Below, in pieces: positions 47,199 to 55,927 of a stretch of DNA of 64,000 nt (the first letter of the stretch is position 1; each line of letters starts with the position of its first letter). The notes under the pieces were generated by a model, which was not told the DNA's origin, ran no database searches, and saw only the letters and a list, made by a program, of their open reading frames with translations. The position numbers and the translations under genes were made by a program. Origin of the DNA: a virus. The stretch is from the IMG/VR virus record IMGVR_UViG_3300023313_000003, positions 15,486-79,485 of that record; one strand, 5' to 3'.

Positions 47199-47337
47199 AA
47201 GCTCACTCCGTTCGCTTTTAGGAAAGGAGGTGAAAGGAGGTGAAAGGAGGTGAGAAGAGGTGAAAGGAGATTAAAAGAGCTTTTAGGAAAGGAAAGGAGA
47301 AGAGTAGTCAAGCTATATAGGCTCACTCCGTTCGCCT
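47199..47337. repeat. Tandem 10-bp AAAGGAGGTG array flanked by two GCTCACTCCGTTCGC hairpin elements
   Basis: 3 perfect plus 2 degenerate units at 47223-47272; hairpin elements at 47199-47217 and 47319-47337. Confidence 0.85.
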
Positions 47338-47516
47338 CTACTGGTCAATATACTGATTAATATACTTAGTTGATATATTAGTTATGTATTCTTTCTCTTA
47401 TGTTTATATATATGTGTATATTGATATGTATAGTATATGAGTATTGATTATATAGGTTTATTATATGTATATGTATGTAATAGGTATAATTGTTATATAT
47501 TGATTATAAGTATTAG

Positions 47517-47903
47517 TTATTCTTTTATGTTCTTTTCTTTTATTGATGCATTAGTTTCTATATTGTTTCTTGATATATATAGATAACTAAATAAGAAGAT
47601 GGTATATGGAATTGTAATTGGTAGGAATATTATTGTTATTGTTATTTTTGTTATTAGTTCCATTATGTTAGTTTTGGGATAAAACCGAGATATGCTAGTT
47701 TTGGGATAATATTCTTTCCAGAATGTTTTTATTGTTTGGATATTTATATTATAGTTGTTTGTTTCTATTAGTTTATTATTGTTCTTATTTATGAAAGATA
47801 GATTTAATCTTAATGTTAATTTGTTTAGTAAAGCTATATTGTTTACTAATACATATAGACTTGAGTTGTTGTTTGAATATGTTCCACCTTGTTTAATTCT
47901 CAT
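47517..47903 (-). CDS. Hypothetical protein with a C-terminal hydrophobic segment
   Basis: 128-aa ORF, last of the operon before the non-coding region. Confidence 0.5.
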   Translation of the reverse strand: MRIKQGGTYSNNNSSLYVLVNNIALLNKLTLRLNLSFINKNNNKLIETNNYNINIQTIKTFWKEYYPKTSISRFYPKTNIMELITKITITIIFLPITIPYTIFLFSYLYISRNNIETNASIKEKNIKE

Positions 47904-48081
47904 TAATTAGTTCTACTTCAACTATAAAATCTACATTGATAATATACTCTCCTATTGAGATAAACCTTTCATGACTATTGAGGAATGTTTTAAATTCCTT
48001 TAAGTCTCCATTATAAACTGCTGTATATATCTTTGCGTGTTGGCCAGCTACTACTGTTATACTATATTCCTTATCCATCAT
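47893..48081 (-). CDS. Hypothetical protein
   Basis: Coupled small ORF. Confidence 0.6.
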   Translation of the reverse strand: MMDKEYSITVVAGQHAKIYTAVYNGDLKEFKTFLNSHERFISIGEYIINVDFIVEVELINEN

Positions 48082-48266
48082 ACTTCACCTATATATATTA
48101 AGTTTCCTTTTATTAGTTCCTCTATAAACTCTTCTCTATACTCTTCATCATTAACATCTTCTATTACTTCTTTTTTAGATCTTAATATATATCCATCATA
48201 GGTTAGATATAATCTATCAGGGATATAGTAATAAAAAGATTCTGGTATTAAGTAAGTAGTCTTCAA
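48078..48266 (-). CDS. Hypothetical protein
   Basis: TTG start with AAGGA RBS. Confidence 0.6.
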   Translation of the reverse strand: MKTTYLIPESFYYYIPDRLYLTYDGYILRSKKEVIEDVNDEEYREEFIEELIKGNLIYIGEV

Positions 48267-48268
48267 AG

Positions 48269-48679
48269 TTATTCCTTAAAAGGATAGTCTGCATTAATTA
48301 GTTTATCCATATACTCTATTCTTTCTTCATTAGTTGGTAATTGGTATTCTTCATCAGTTAAATTATAGTAGTTATCTGGTTTAACACTATATGTATATAG
48401 TTTAGTTGTTCCTATTTGTCTTTGCTTCATTCTTATTTTAGTTACTTTCTTTTCAAACTCTCTATATTTAGGTGATCTCTTTTGTAACTTAGTTACCCAA
48501 TTATATAAAGTTCTAAGAGACATATCTAATATCTTAGCTGAAGCTGATCTATGATTATTATTATTCATTAGTACCTTTTCTATGTGGTCTAATTGAACTT
48601 GCTCTAATGTTTTCTCTTTATCTTCCATATTAATATTCTGGAGAGTATATAGGTTTATGTCAAATATGGGTATATACAT
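48269..48679 (-). CDS. Fis/NtrC-type HTH DNA-binding protein
   Basis: TLEQVQLDHIEKVL...NRSASAKILDMSLRTLYNW (HTH_8-like). Confidence 0.8.
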   Translation of the reverse strand: MYIPIFDINLYTLQNINMEDKEKTLEQVQLDHIEKVLMNNNNHRSASAKILDMSLRTLYNWVTKLQKRSPKYREFEKKVTKIRMKQRQIGTTKLYTYSVKPDNYYNLTDEEYQLPTNEERIEYMDKLINADYPFKE

Positions 48680-48695
48680 AGTTAAAAGAGAGCAT

Positions 48696-48731
48696 AAAGC
48701 TCACCTATCGGTTCGCTTTTAGTAAAGGAGA
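48696..48731. repeat. Third, covarying copy of the GCTCAC..GTTCGC hairpin element
   Basis: AAAGCTCACCTATCGGTTCGCTTTTAGTAAAGGAG versus AAGCTCACTCCGTTCGCTTTTAGGAAAGGAG. Confidence 0.8.
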
Positions 48732-48819
48732 TGGGCAAGTATATATCCTACTTAAAGGTTCTTAATGTATCATATATGTCATATTAAGCTCAAATTGAGG
48801 GTTAATGCTCCATATATGG

Positions 48820-49155
48820 TTACTTAAGTATCTTCCTTATTTGATTTAACTTATAATATAAATCATTTACTTGATCTTTTAAATACTTAATCTCTGCATA
48901 TCTATCTTCTTCTAATTTTAATATACAGTCTTGATCATAGAATATTGGTTTATTTCTTGATAATGCCAGGCCTCTTTCTACATCACTAATTGATAATGTT
49001 TCTATATTATATTCTTCTTTTACCCTTATTGCTTCTCTCTTATTTATACAGATCATTATTCCATTAGAATCTCTTACTGTTTTAGCTAAGTTATAAGTCT
49101 TACCTATTCCTCTGTTTGACATCTTAAGTAGGCTTCTTGTTATATAATCATTCAT
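48820..49155 (-). CDS. Hypothetical protein with a P-loop-like motif
   Basis: RGIGKT near the N-terminus. Confidence 0.6.
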   Translation of the reverse strand: MNDYITRSLLKMSNRGIGKTYNLAKTVRDSNGIMICINKREAIRVKEEYNIETLSISDVERGLALSRNKPIFYDQDCILKLEEDRYAEIKYLKDQVNDLYYKLNQIRKILK

Positions 49156-49517
49156 ACGTTTCTCATTTGGTAGTATTTTAAGTTACTTACTTTTGATTGA
49201 ATTGCATCTACTTTGCTTTTGGCCTGGTAATAAATATCTGATAGACTAGAAATACTATAATTGGGATTATCCTTTTTCTTATTAGCTTTCTTTTCTCTTA
49301 TGCTTAAGTCTTTTATTGTTTTCATTGCTTTGGGTGAAGATCTATCCTTTCCTTTATTATCCTTTAAGAACTGAGCAAATTCTCTATGAACATTTAATAG
49401 TTCAGTTATTGGATCATTCATATATTCTTGGTATGTGGAATCTTCTTTTACTCTTGCTTTAGTTAGTTCTCTTTCCCAGATTTGTATTTCAAACTTATTT
49501 ATATCGAATAGCTTCAT
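49152..49517 (-). CDS. Hypothetical protein
   Basis: Coupled ORF. Confidence 0.65.
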   Translation of the reverse strand: MKLFDINKFEIQIWERELTKARVKEDSTYQEYMNDPITELLNVHREFAQFLKDNKGKDRSSPKAMKTIKDLSIREKKANKKKDNPNYSISSLSDIYYQAKSKVDAIQSKVSNLKYYQMRNV

Positions 49518-49744
49518 TTTATATCCTCATTAAATATTGATTTATTTAGTGTCTTGCAATAACATTCTCTTGTTTTATTAAAGAAAGTATATTTAGGATA
49601 GCCCTTTATTAAACAAGACTTTTGGCATGACACTCTTAAATTTGAATCTTCTACTATCTTAGTTCCTATAAAAGCAAAAGATATTAGTATTAAGCACATT
49701 ACTGTAAAAACTATTAAAAATTCTCTTTTCTCTGTTTTATTCAT
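49514..49744 (-). CDS. Small membrane protein with a Cys motif
   Basis: TM helix followed by C...C and CYC. Confidence 0.65.
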   Translation of the reverse strand: MNKTEKREFLIVFTVMCLILISFAFIGTKIVEDSNLRVSCQKSCLIKGYPKYTFFNKTRECYCKTLNKSIFNEDIK

Positions 49745-49746
49745 CG

Positions 49747-50100
49747 TTACTCCTCGAACTCATATTCTGTGTCAGGTAATCTTATTATGAAATCAAATTT
49801 ACTTTCATGGGAATGAATACTTTTTAAAAAGTCTTCTTGGTCTATAAACATTCTAAATGTTATCTCGGGAATTTTATACCCAACAGAACGATATAAATAT
49901 TGCGCTCTCTTAACTTTAGCTTTTGGCTTATCGAAAAATAAACCATCCATAATATCTGTAAAAATATAAGACATTGAATACGATCTAAATCCTATTTTGT
50001 ATTCTCCTTCACATAATTCAAGATGCGATATTTTTCCTTGTTCGCCTCCAAAATAAATCTCCTGTCCTATATGTAATTTTTCAAAGTCTTTTTCGTTCAT
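49747..50100 (-). CDS. Hypothetical protein
   Basis: ORF with GGAG RBS. Confidence 0.65.
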   Translation of the reverse strand: MNEKDFEKLHIGQEIYFGGEQGKISHLELCEGEYKIGFRSYSMSYIFTDIMDGLFFDKPKAKVKRAQYLYRSVGYKIPEITFRMFIDQEDFLKSIHSHESKFDFIIRLPDTEYEFEE

Positions 50101-50101
50101 C

Positions 50102-50284
50102 TTATTCTCCTTCTTTTAATTCATTAGTTTTAATACATTTATAGGTAGCATTATCTAGTATAAATTGTTTGTTTGATAATATATTTTTCTCTGCTTTAGA
50201 TAAATCTATAGAGAAGCTAACTATAAACAAAAGTAATGAAAGTATTGTGCATAAAATACCTAATACAACATTATTTTCACGCAT
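50102..50284 (-). CDS. Small membrane protein
   Basis: N-terminal TM helix; GGAGAAAACAAGATG start context. Confidence 0.65.
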   Translation of the reverse strand: MRENNVVLGILCTILSLLLFIVSFSIDLSKAEKNILSNKQFILDNATYKCIKTNELKEGE

Positions 50285-50296
50285 CTTGTTTTCTCC

Positions 50297-50776
50297 TTAT
50301 TTTGACAACTGTTTTAAAGCATATTTAAAAGCTTCTTTTCTAAGTTCTTTAGTGACTGTTTCATCAAATTCTTTTTTAAAACTACTAACCCCTAACTCAA
50401 CAGACCTATCAACTGCTTTTGTAAATACAGTTTTGTCACTAGAATACCCTGTTTTTTTATAAATTAATTGTTCTGAAATAGTTTTTAATAGCTCATTTTT
50501 TAATGTAGTTGGTTCTCTTTCTGTTTGACCATACCTAGTCACTGGGTTATATTCCATTTCCCATAAATCTTCTATCATTTTTGGAAACTTTTCTTCCAGT
50601 TCATCCTTTATTAAACTATCAACTTTTTCTTTTATCTCACCATCTAACACATTTCCCATCTTAGTTTTAAAGTCTGTAACAAGCCAATCTGTAACCTGTC
50701 TTCTTACCGATTCCTCAATCGTTTCTGTTCCATACTCATCACCTAAAATTTCGTTTAAATCAATTTCAATTTTCAT
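50297..50776 (-). CDS. Hypothetical protein
   Basis: 159 aa; GGAGAAAACAAGATG start context. Confidence 0.7.
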   Translation of the reverse strand: MKIEIDLNEILGDEYGTETIEESVRRQVTDWLVTDFKTKMGNVLDGEIKEKVDSLIKDELEEKFPKMIEDLWEMEYNPVTRYGQTEREPTTLKNELLKTISEQLIYKKTGYSSDKTVFTKAVDRSVELGVSSFKKEFDETVTKELRKEAFKYALKQLSK

Positions 50777-50787
50777 CTTGTTTTCTC

Positions 50788-51126
50788 CTAATCATTTTCT
50801 GATGCCATTGTGACAAAAGTATTTACTTCACCCTCTAATATTGATCTTAAAGCGTCTAATGTGAATTGCATTTCAGTATCGTTATGTGGTTGAAAATATG
50901 ATTTATCTTTAAACTTAATGCTGAATTTAAGTTCCTTTATTTCTTCTCCTATTTCTCCGTCTTTATACTTCACTTCTTGTACTATCATTTCACCTGTAGC
51001 TGATTCAATACCATTTTCAATAAAGTAATTCATATTGTCTTGATAATCAGGGTCAATGTTTTTTAATACAAAATCAACATACTCTTTTTTTACTGCTTCA
51101 TTTTCATTTACTAAATTAACTTTCAT
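50788..51126 (-). CDS. Hypothetical protein
   Basis: GAGGAGG RBS. Confidence 0.7.
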   Translation of the reverse strand: MKVNLVNENEAVKKEYVDFVLKNIDPDYQDNMNYFIENGIESATGEMIVQEVKYKDGEIGEEIKELKFSIKFKDKSYFQPHNDTEMQFTLDALRSILEGEVNTFVTMASEND

Positions 51127-51128
51127 TT

Positions 51129-51536
51129 TTAATCCTCCTCAAATTCCATTGTTACTAACCATTGTGGTTCATTTTCAATTATCCATTTTTTAATATTAAT
51201 TTCTTCTTTGGAAACTCTTTCTAATTGCCAAACTCTATATAGTTTTTTTATGTCTTCAACATATTTTTCAGTTAAATCCTTCATTGCTTTAGTTCTTATT
51301 GTATCGCCGTCTGGACAACCATAGTTTTCGTCAAAGTATTCTAATATACTTCCTAATATAATCTCACTTGCTTGATTTATAATAGTTTCGCAAAGCTCTT
51401 GTGGTTTATATTTTATTAAATTAAAAGACTCTGCTAGTGGCCAAGGCATATCTTCTATAGTTTGATAGATTGCTTCATCACGATCTGTTTCAGATATGAT
51501 TTCCTGATCTTCTAATCCATAATAATGTGTTATCAT
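51129..51536 (-). CDS. Hypothetical acidic protein
   Basis: 135 aa, coupled. Confidence 0.7.
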   Translation of the reverse strand: MITHYYGLEDQEIISETDRDEAIYQTIEDMPWPLAESFNLIKYKPQELCETIINQASEIILGSILEYFDENYGCPDGDTIRTKAMKDLTEKYVEDIKKLYRVWQLERVSKEEINIKKWIIENEPQWLVTMEFEED

Positions 51537-51814
51537 TGCTTCTCCTTATTTGCACAATACCAAGTGTATAATCGTTTACTCTTGTGAGTTGTTGCTCCTG
51601 CTTCAAGCATAATTGATTCAAGCTCTTTTATCTTATCCATAAAAGCAGTACAAGATTTCTTTAAAAGTTCTATCTCATCTTTCTGACGAGCTGCTGTCTC
51701 ACCTAACTCTTCAATTTTGTTATCTTTATTCTTTATCTCGATAAGTCTTGAGCAATCTATACAATACTTACCTGTAATTAATTTAAGTTCTCCACATTTA
51801 CAATAATTAATCAT
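51533..51814 (-). CDS. Hypothetical Zn-finger/coiled-coil protein
   Basis: CKC...CIDC. Confidence 0.6.
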   Translation of the reverse strand: MINYCKCGELKLITGKYCIDCSRLIEIKNKDNKIEELGETAARQKDEIELLKKSCTAFMDKIKELESIMLEAGATTHKSKRLYTWYCANKEKQ

Positions 51815-52113
51815 TAAGCCTCCTCTGGGAAACTTGTTATATATTTATTCCATTGCTTAACTTGTAATTCTGATGCTTGCTCATTTTCTACACATTCATG
51901 AGTTAATAGCATTAGTTCTTTGAGAAGAGATATTTTGCTGTGTAGTATTTTATTATTAGCTTCAAGTGCATATATAAATCCACTGGTAAAACTATAAGCT
52001 TGATTTAATTCTTCATGATTATGTTTTTCCCAATCATTAATATTATGAAACTCACAAAAGTTTTGATCTAAAGTATCTTTAATGTTGTTTATTACTAAGT
52101 GTGTGTTATTCAT
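51814..52113 (-). CDS. Hypothetical protein
   Basis: Coupled ORF. Confidence 0.65.
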   Translation of the reverse strand: MNNTHLVINNIKDTLDQNFCEFHNINDWEKHNHEELNQAYSFTSGFIYALEANNKILHSKISLLKELMLLTHECVENEQASELQVKQWNKYITSFPEEA

Positions 52114-52508
52114 TCTCCCTCCTGTACGTATTCCAAAGTGTCAGCCCAAACCTTAACTGTTTGGCATATATCATTGCGATAAAGTTTATGGTATTTGTCT
52201 TGGTATTTACTGCCAACAGCAGTGTTGTTCCCTGCACGAAAAGATATGTATTTTTTGTCATTATTTAAAAATATAGATTGACCAAAATCACCGATATGCT
52301 CATAAAGTGTTATAGTCTCTCGCTCTGGCTCTACAAGTGTGAACTCGTTGCAGTTGTTAAAATGCTTAGATTTAAAAAGAACGCCATTGGATTTTATTGT
52401 TTGTATGCAATCTTCTGAGTATTGGTATTTAACTCCATCAATTGATTTAACAATCTTTCCGTCTAAAATTGCCAGTAATGCTTCATGATTATTTAGTATT
52501 TTATCCAC
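52110..52508 (-). CDS. Hypothetical protein
   Basis: EAL.A..DGK.V motif common in phage hypotheticals. Confidence 0.65.
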   Translation of the reverse strand: MDKILNNHEALLAILDGKIVKSIDGVKYQYSEDCIQTIKSNGVLFKSKHFNNCNEFTLVEPERETITLYEHIGDFGQSIFLNNDKKYISFRAGNNTAVGSKYQDKYHKLYRNDICQTVKVWADTLEYVQEGE

Positions 52509-52846
52509 TATCTTTCTCCATTTTTTATGTTGTTAGTAAATTCAATTACTTGGTCGTGTTTAAGCTTTTTTATCGCACGATAAATTGTTAATCTGGAAGC
52601 TCTTAAAGGAAGAGAACTTCCATTTAAGTAAGGTGTAAGACAACAATAAGGTCTATTTGCAGTCCATACTGTTAGATTATTTATCATAGCGGTGTATTTA
52701 TTAGATGTGAATGAAAAGTTATAATGATTGATTAACATTATTAACTCTTTATCCCAAGTTTCATCATAGTCTTCATTCATTACCCAATAAGTAGGATGTA
52801 ATAACGTAAACAAAAAGCAATGTATTTTATATATTAATGTATTCAT
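52508..52846 (-). CDS. Hypothetical protein
   Basis: P.YW...Y...WD..L and VW.AN.PY motifs. Confidence 0.7.
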   Translation of the reverse strand: MNTLIYKIHCFLFTLLHPTYWVMNEDYDETWDKELIMLINHYNFSFTSNKYTAMINNLTVWTANRPYCCLTPYLNGSSLPLRASRLTIYRAIKKLKHDQVIEFTNNIKNGER

Positions 52847-52854
52847 AATTATCC

Positions 52855-53436
52855 TTATATCTTATTAATGTTTTTTATTGCTTGTAATGCTTTCTTTGTA
52901 TATTTTCTTGTGCCTCTAAGCACAGCCCAATACCTAGCTCCACCTTTCCACTTACCTCTTACTCTTCCTGCCAGGTGATTATCTTGCTTAACCAACTTTT
53001 GAAGAATTAAGATTGCACATTCAATATTAGCTTTAGCATTGTGAACACTTTGCTCTGTTGTGAAGTTACATTTATATCTCTTACCATCTTCTTTACTTAG
53101 TTGAAATAATCCTCTTGACCATAAGCCAAACGATTCTTTATATTTTTCCATAGTATTAAACTTGCTTTCATAATAAGCCATCTCAACTAATATATTTCCA
53201 TAGAATCTAATTGGGTCTTTTATTACTCCAAACTGTTTAATATCAGTTGGCTTTAGTTTTATCAATTCACTAGTCTTTAATGAATCTACTAGATATTTTG
53301 TATACTTTTGATTGTCCCACTTAAAAGTATATTTCATACTAGATGTAATTGGTTTTAATTTTGTTGGTTTATTTACTTCTTTCTTTTGTTTTGTATTACA
53401 AGATACTAGTAGTAATACAATAATTAAATATTTCAT
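52855..53436 (-). CDS. Lipoprotein lytic transglycosylase (SLT-like)
   Basis: Lipobox LLVSC; YESKFN (catalytic Glu), GLFQLS, NIEC and YWAVLR. Confidence 0.8.
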   Translation of the reverse strand: MKYLIIVLLLVSCNTKQKKEVNKPTKLKPITSSMKYTFKWDNQKYTKYLVDSLKTSELIKLKPTDIKQFGVIKDPIRFYGNILVEMAYYESKFNTMEKYKESFGLWSRGLFQLSKEDGKRYKCNFTTEQSVHNAKANIECAILILQKLVKQDNHLAGRVRGKWKGGARYWAVLRGTRKYTKKALQAIKNINKI

Positions 53437-53446
53437 TATAATCTCC

Positions 53447-53908
53447 TTAAGATTGTTGTCTATTTATCGTCCATTTTTCATATAAGTAATTTAATGTGAA
53501 GTTAGGAAAACATAATTGACAGATATTATAGTTATATTTCCCACTAATAATTCTCTTCTTTCTTGAATTTGACTTCTCTTCCCCACAACAAGCACAGATA
53601 TATCTACTCGGTTTACTTGCTGGCCTTAAGTGTTTTGCTGGAGGAACAAATACTATTCTTTTTGATCTAGTCTTCAATGCTAATCTAATTGCTTCAAGTT
53701 CTAATTTTCTTTTATATCTTGCTCTATCTTTTTCTGAAACTTTTCTTAATCTTCCTTCTCTTTTAGATTTCATATAGTTAGCATGTTTTATTAGTTGATC
53801 TTGATTACTATGGAAGTTTTCTTCACCTAGTGTTTTATTAATATACTTAAGAATACTTGGATCTTTTAATATAGCTAACTCCTCTCCTGTCATTACATCA
53901 CAAATCAT
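53447..53908 (-). CDS. Hypothetical Zn-binding protein
   Basis: CACC...CQLC. Confidence 0.6.
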   Translation of the reverse strand: MICDVMTGEELAILKDPSILKYINKTLGEENFHSNQDQLIKHANYMKSKREGRLRKVSEKDRARYKRKLELEAIRLALKTRSKRIVFVPPAKHLRPASKPSRYICACCGEEKSNSRKKRIISGKYNYNICQLCFPNFTLNYLYEKWTINRQQS

Positions 53909-54141
53909 TCATTACCTCTCATTTTATTTAATATTTGAATTGCATACCTTTGGGACTCATGCTCACTCTGAAGACGACTTGAGCTAACTGCTTTAATATC
54001 ACAATAATATTCAGTTGCTTTAGTTTTACAGCCTTTAAAGTTAGCAAACGATTGGCCACTCTCACTTGGCCTTGCTCTGAATCTATAACATTCAAATCTC
54101 CTCTTGCATGATATATCTGTACACATACTTATATGAGGCAT
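53905..54141 (-). CDS. Hypothetical Cys-rich phage protein
   Basis: ISMC....C.....CYRF.A.P....QS. Confidence 0.7.
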   Translation of the reverse strand: MPHISMCTDISCKRRFECYRFRARPSESGQSFANFKGCKTKATEYYCDIKAVSSSRLQSEHESQRYAIQILNKMRGNE

Positions 54142-54144
54142 ATC

Positions 54145-54342
54145 TTACTCCTGACCTATAAATTGTTTAGCTTCTTCTTGATGATCTAATATGGCTTTTA
54201 GCTTCTTCTTACCCATAGAAACAATTGGCCTATCTCCTTTCTTGTTCCCTTCTTCATCTAATTCCCATACTGCAAATATAGCATTTCCTTTAAAATCACC
54301 TTCAATTACTTTTGTTTTCATCAGTCTCTCCTTGTTGACCAT
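54145..54342 (-). CDS. Hypothetical protein (start likely MKTKV)
   Basis: FKG......W...PI.S.G.KK..AI..H motif. Confidence 0.65.
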   Translation of the reverse strand: MVNKERLMKTKVIEGDFKGNAIFAVWELDEEGNKKGDRPIVSMGKKKLKAILDHQEEAKQFIGQE

Positions 54343-54490
54343 TCAATTAAATCTTCTCTAACTATTAGTAAAAATCCCATTATAAAATCTACTGATTCCA
54401 TACTAGAAAACTCTTCAAATAGTACAAAATAAATATTACTAATAATATCAATTGGGATTATTGCTAACATAATTATTAGTCTTTTAATCA

Positions 54491-55180
54491 TTACATTCTC
54501 TCTAGGTTAAACTCAGCAGCACATCGTTTTATTTGATCTTCTAAGTCAGTTATAGGTTTTGTTTTGTCATTATTAAATACAAAGTCATAATCATCATCTA
54601 CACCTAGATTACTTTCAGAGGCATGATTACTTGAACTTTTATGTTCTTGATTGGGATCTTTTGTTTTTACTACTATCCCTTTATTATTCTTAATGTATCT
54701 TCTCTCATTAGGGAATCTTGCATCAGAGATAACTATCTTAGAATACTTCTCTCTACTAATTTGATCGAATAAAACTTTAACGTGAAAGTTATCTAAGAAA
54801 CATTCTCGACAAACTTCTGTTCCTACATATTGTAGTATCTGTCTTGCAGTTGAAAAGGTTTCTCCTCGGTGTAGAATTTTGTGTATCTTATCGTAATCAA
54901 TAGGGCCATCCCATTTATTCTCTATGTTAACCCAACATAAGATTTCCATCATAGGAAAGTTCGATAGTATTCTTTTACTCTTTAACTGTTCTGCTTTCCC
55001 TTTAGATGTATAACATTGCTCATAAGTTAGAGCGAAAGATTTCATGCACATTTGCTTTAAATTATCTGCGAATGAATATTCTTTATATCCATAATCATTT
55101 ACTAAGTATTTAGCTACTGTTGATTTACCTGACTCCAACTCTCCACTTATCCCTATAATTTTCATCTTACCTCCATGCAT
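54491..55180 (-). CDS. Deoxynucleoside monophosphate kinase (T4 gp1-like)
   Basis: IIGISG..ESGKST, SFAD.LK, R..LQ..GTE, ISDARFPNE and HASE. Confidence 0.9.
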   Translation of the reverse strand: MHGGKMKIIGISGELESGKSTVAKYLVNDYGYKEYSFADNLKQMCMKSFALTYEQCYTSKGKAEQLKSKRILSNFPMMEILCWVNIENKWDGPIDYDKIHKILHRGETFSTARQILQYVGTEVCRECFLDNFHVKVLFDQISREKYSKIVISDARFPNERRYIKNNKGIVVKTKDPNQEHKSSSNHASESNLGVDDDYDFVFNNDKTKPITDLEDQIKRCAAEFNLERM

Positions 55181-55294
55181 GATGATAGTTGTTCTTTTAG
55201 TTTCTTGATCCTTTTAGTAAGATCTATATTAATTCCAATAGAGCAAACTAAAAAAGAGATTAAGAATGTCCATGATAGTATTATTTTTGAATCC

Positions 55295-55573
55295 CTATCC
55301 ATTTAGGCCTTCCATTGGAAGCATATCTTTATCATTACTTTCTTTTAATTTGTTTATATAAATCATTACAGGAATGTCTTGATCAATTATTTTAGGATTA
55401 TTTATCTCAATATTAAAATCACATTCATTATAAAATAAATCTAATTCTTTTTCAGTAATGAAACATTTTATACTTTTCTCTTCTATTTCTTCTATTATAG
55501 TTAAGAGTCTTTTGTTTTCTACTCTAAGCTTTTCACATTTCTCAGTATAGAATTTTAATTTATTGTTAATCAT
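55295..55573 (-). CDS. Hypothetical protein
   Basis: Coupled ORF. Confidence 0.6.
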   Translation of the reverse strand: MINNKLKFYTEKCEKLRVENKRLLTIIEEIEEKSIKCFITEKELDLFYNECDFNIEINNPKIIDQDIPVMIYINKLKESNDKDMLPMEGLNG

Positions 55574-55838
55574 TATAGTTACCTCTTATCTTATTAATTG
55601 TTTTGAACATTAAAGGACAAGCAATAAGAGTCTCACCATAAGAAGAGTCTTCATATCTCCGAGATAAATTTACAACTGTTTGGTCTAGTATTTTGATATA
55701 CTTTTCTAAGATCTCACTATCTTTATCTTCTACTTCTTTTTTAGTTATCTTTATTTGAAAGTAAGCTTGGATAATTGAGATGGTTGTTGTTGCTATTAAT
55801 AGGTAAACAATCCATGAGGGAACTATTACTGTAATCAT
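55566..55838 (-). CDS. Hypothetical membrane protein
   Basis: N-terminal TM segment; AAGGAG RBS. Confidence 0.65.
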   Translation of the reverse strand: MITVIVPSWIVYLLIATTTISIIQAYFQIKITKKEVEDKDSEILEKYIKILDQTVVNLSRRYEDSSYGETLIACPLMFKTINKIRGNYND

Positions 55839-55861
55839 TTTAATCTCCTTGGTTTACAAAA

Positions 55862-55890
55862 AGATTAATGATTGAAAAACAAAGAGTCAA
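55862..55890 (-). promoter_or_regulatory. Sigma70-like promoter
   Basis: TTGACT-17 nt-TAATCT with an AT-rich upstream element, ahead of the 55838 ORF. Confidence 0.55.
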
Positions 55891-55927
55891 GTTTTATTCA
55901 ATAATTATTTTATATTATTTAAAAGGA

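Noticed and set aside
47340-47520. TA/TG-rich low-complexity tract
   Set aside because: No defined unit; treated as part of the non-coding region.
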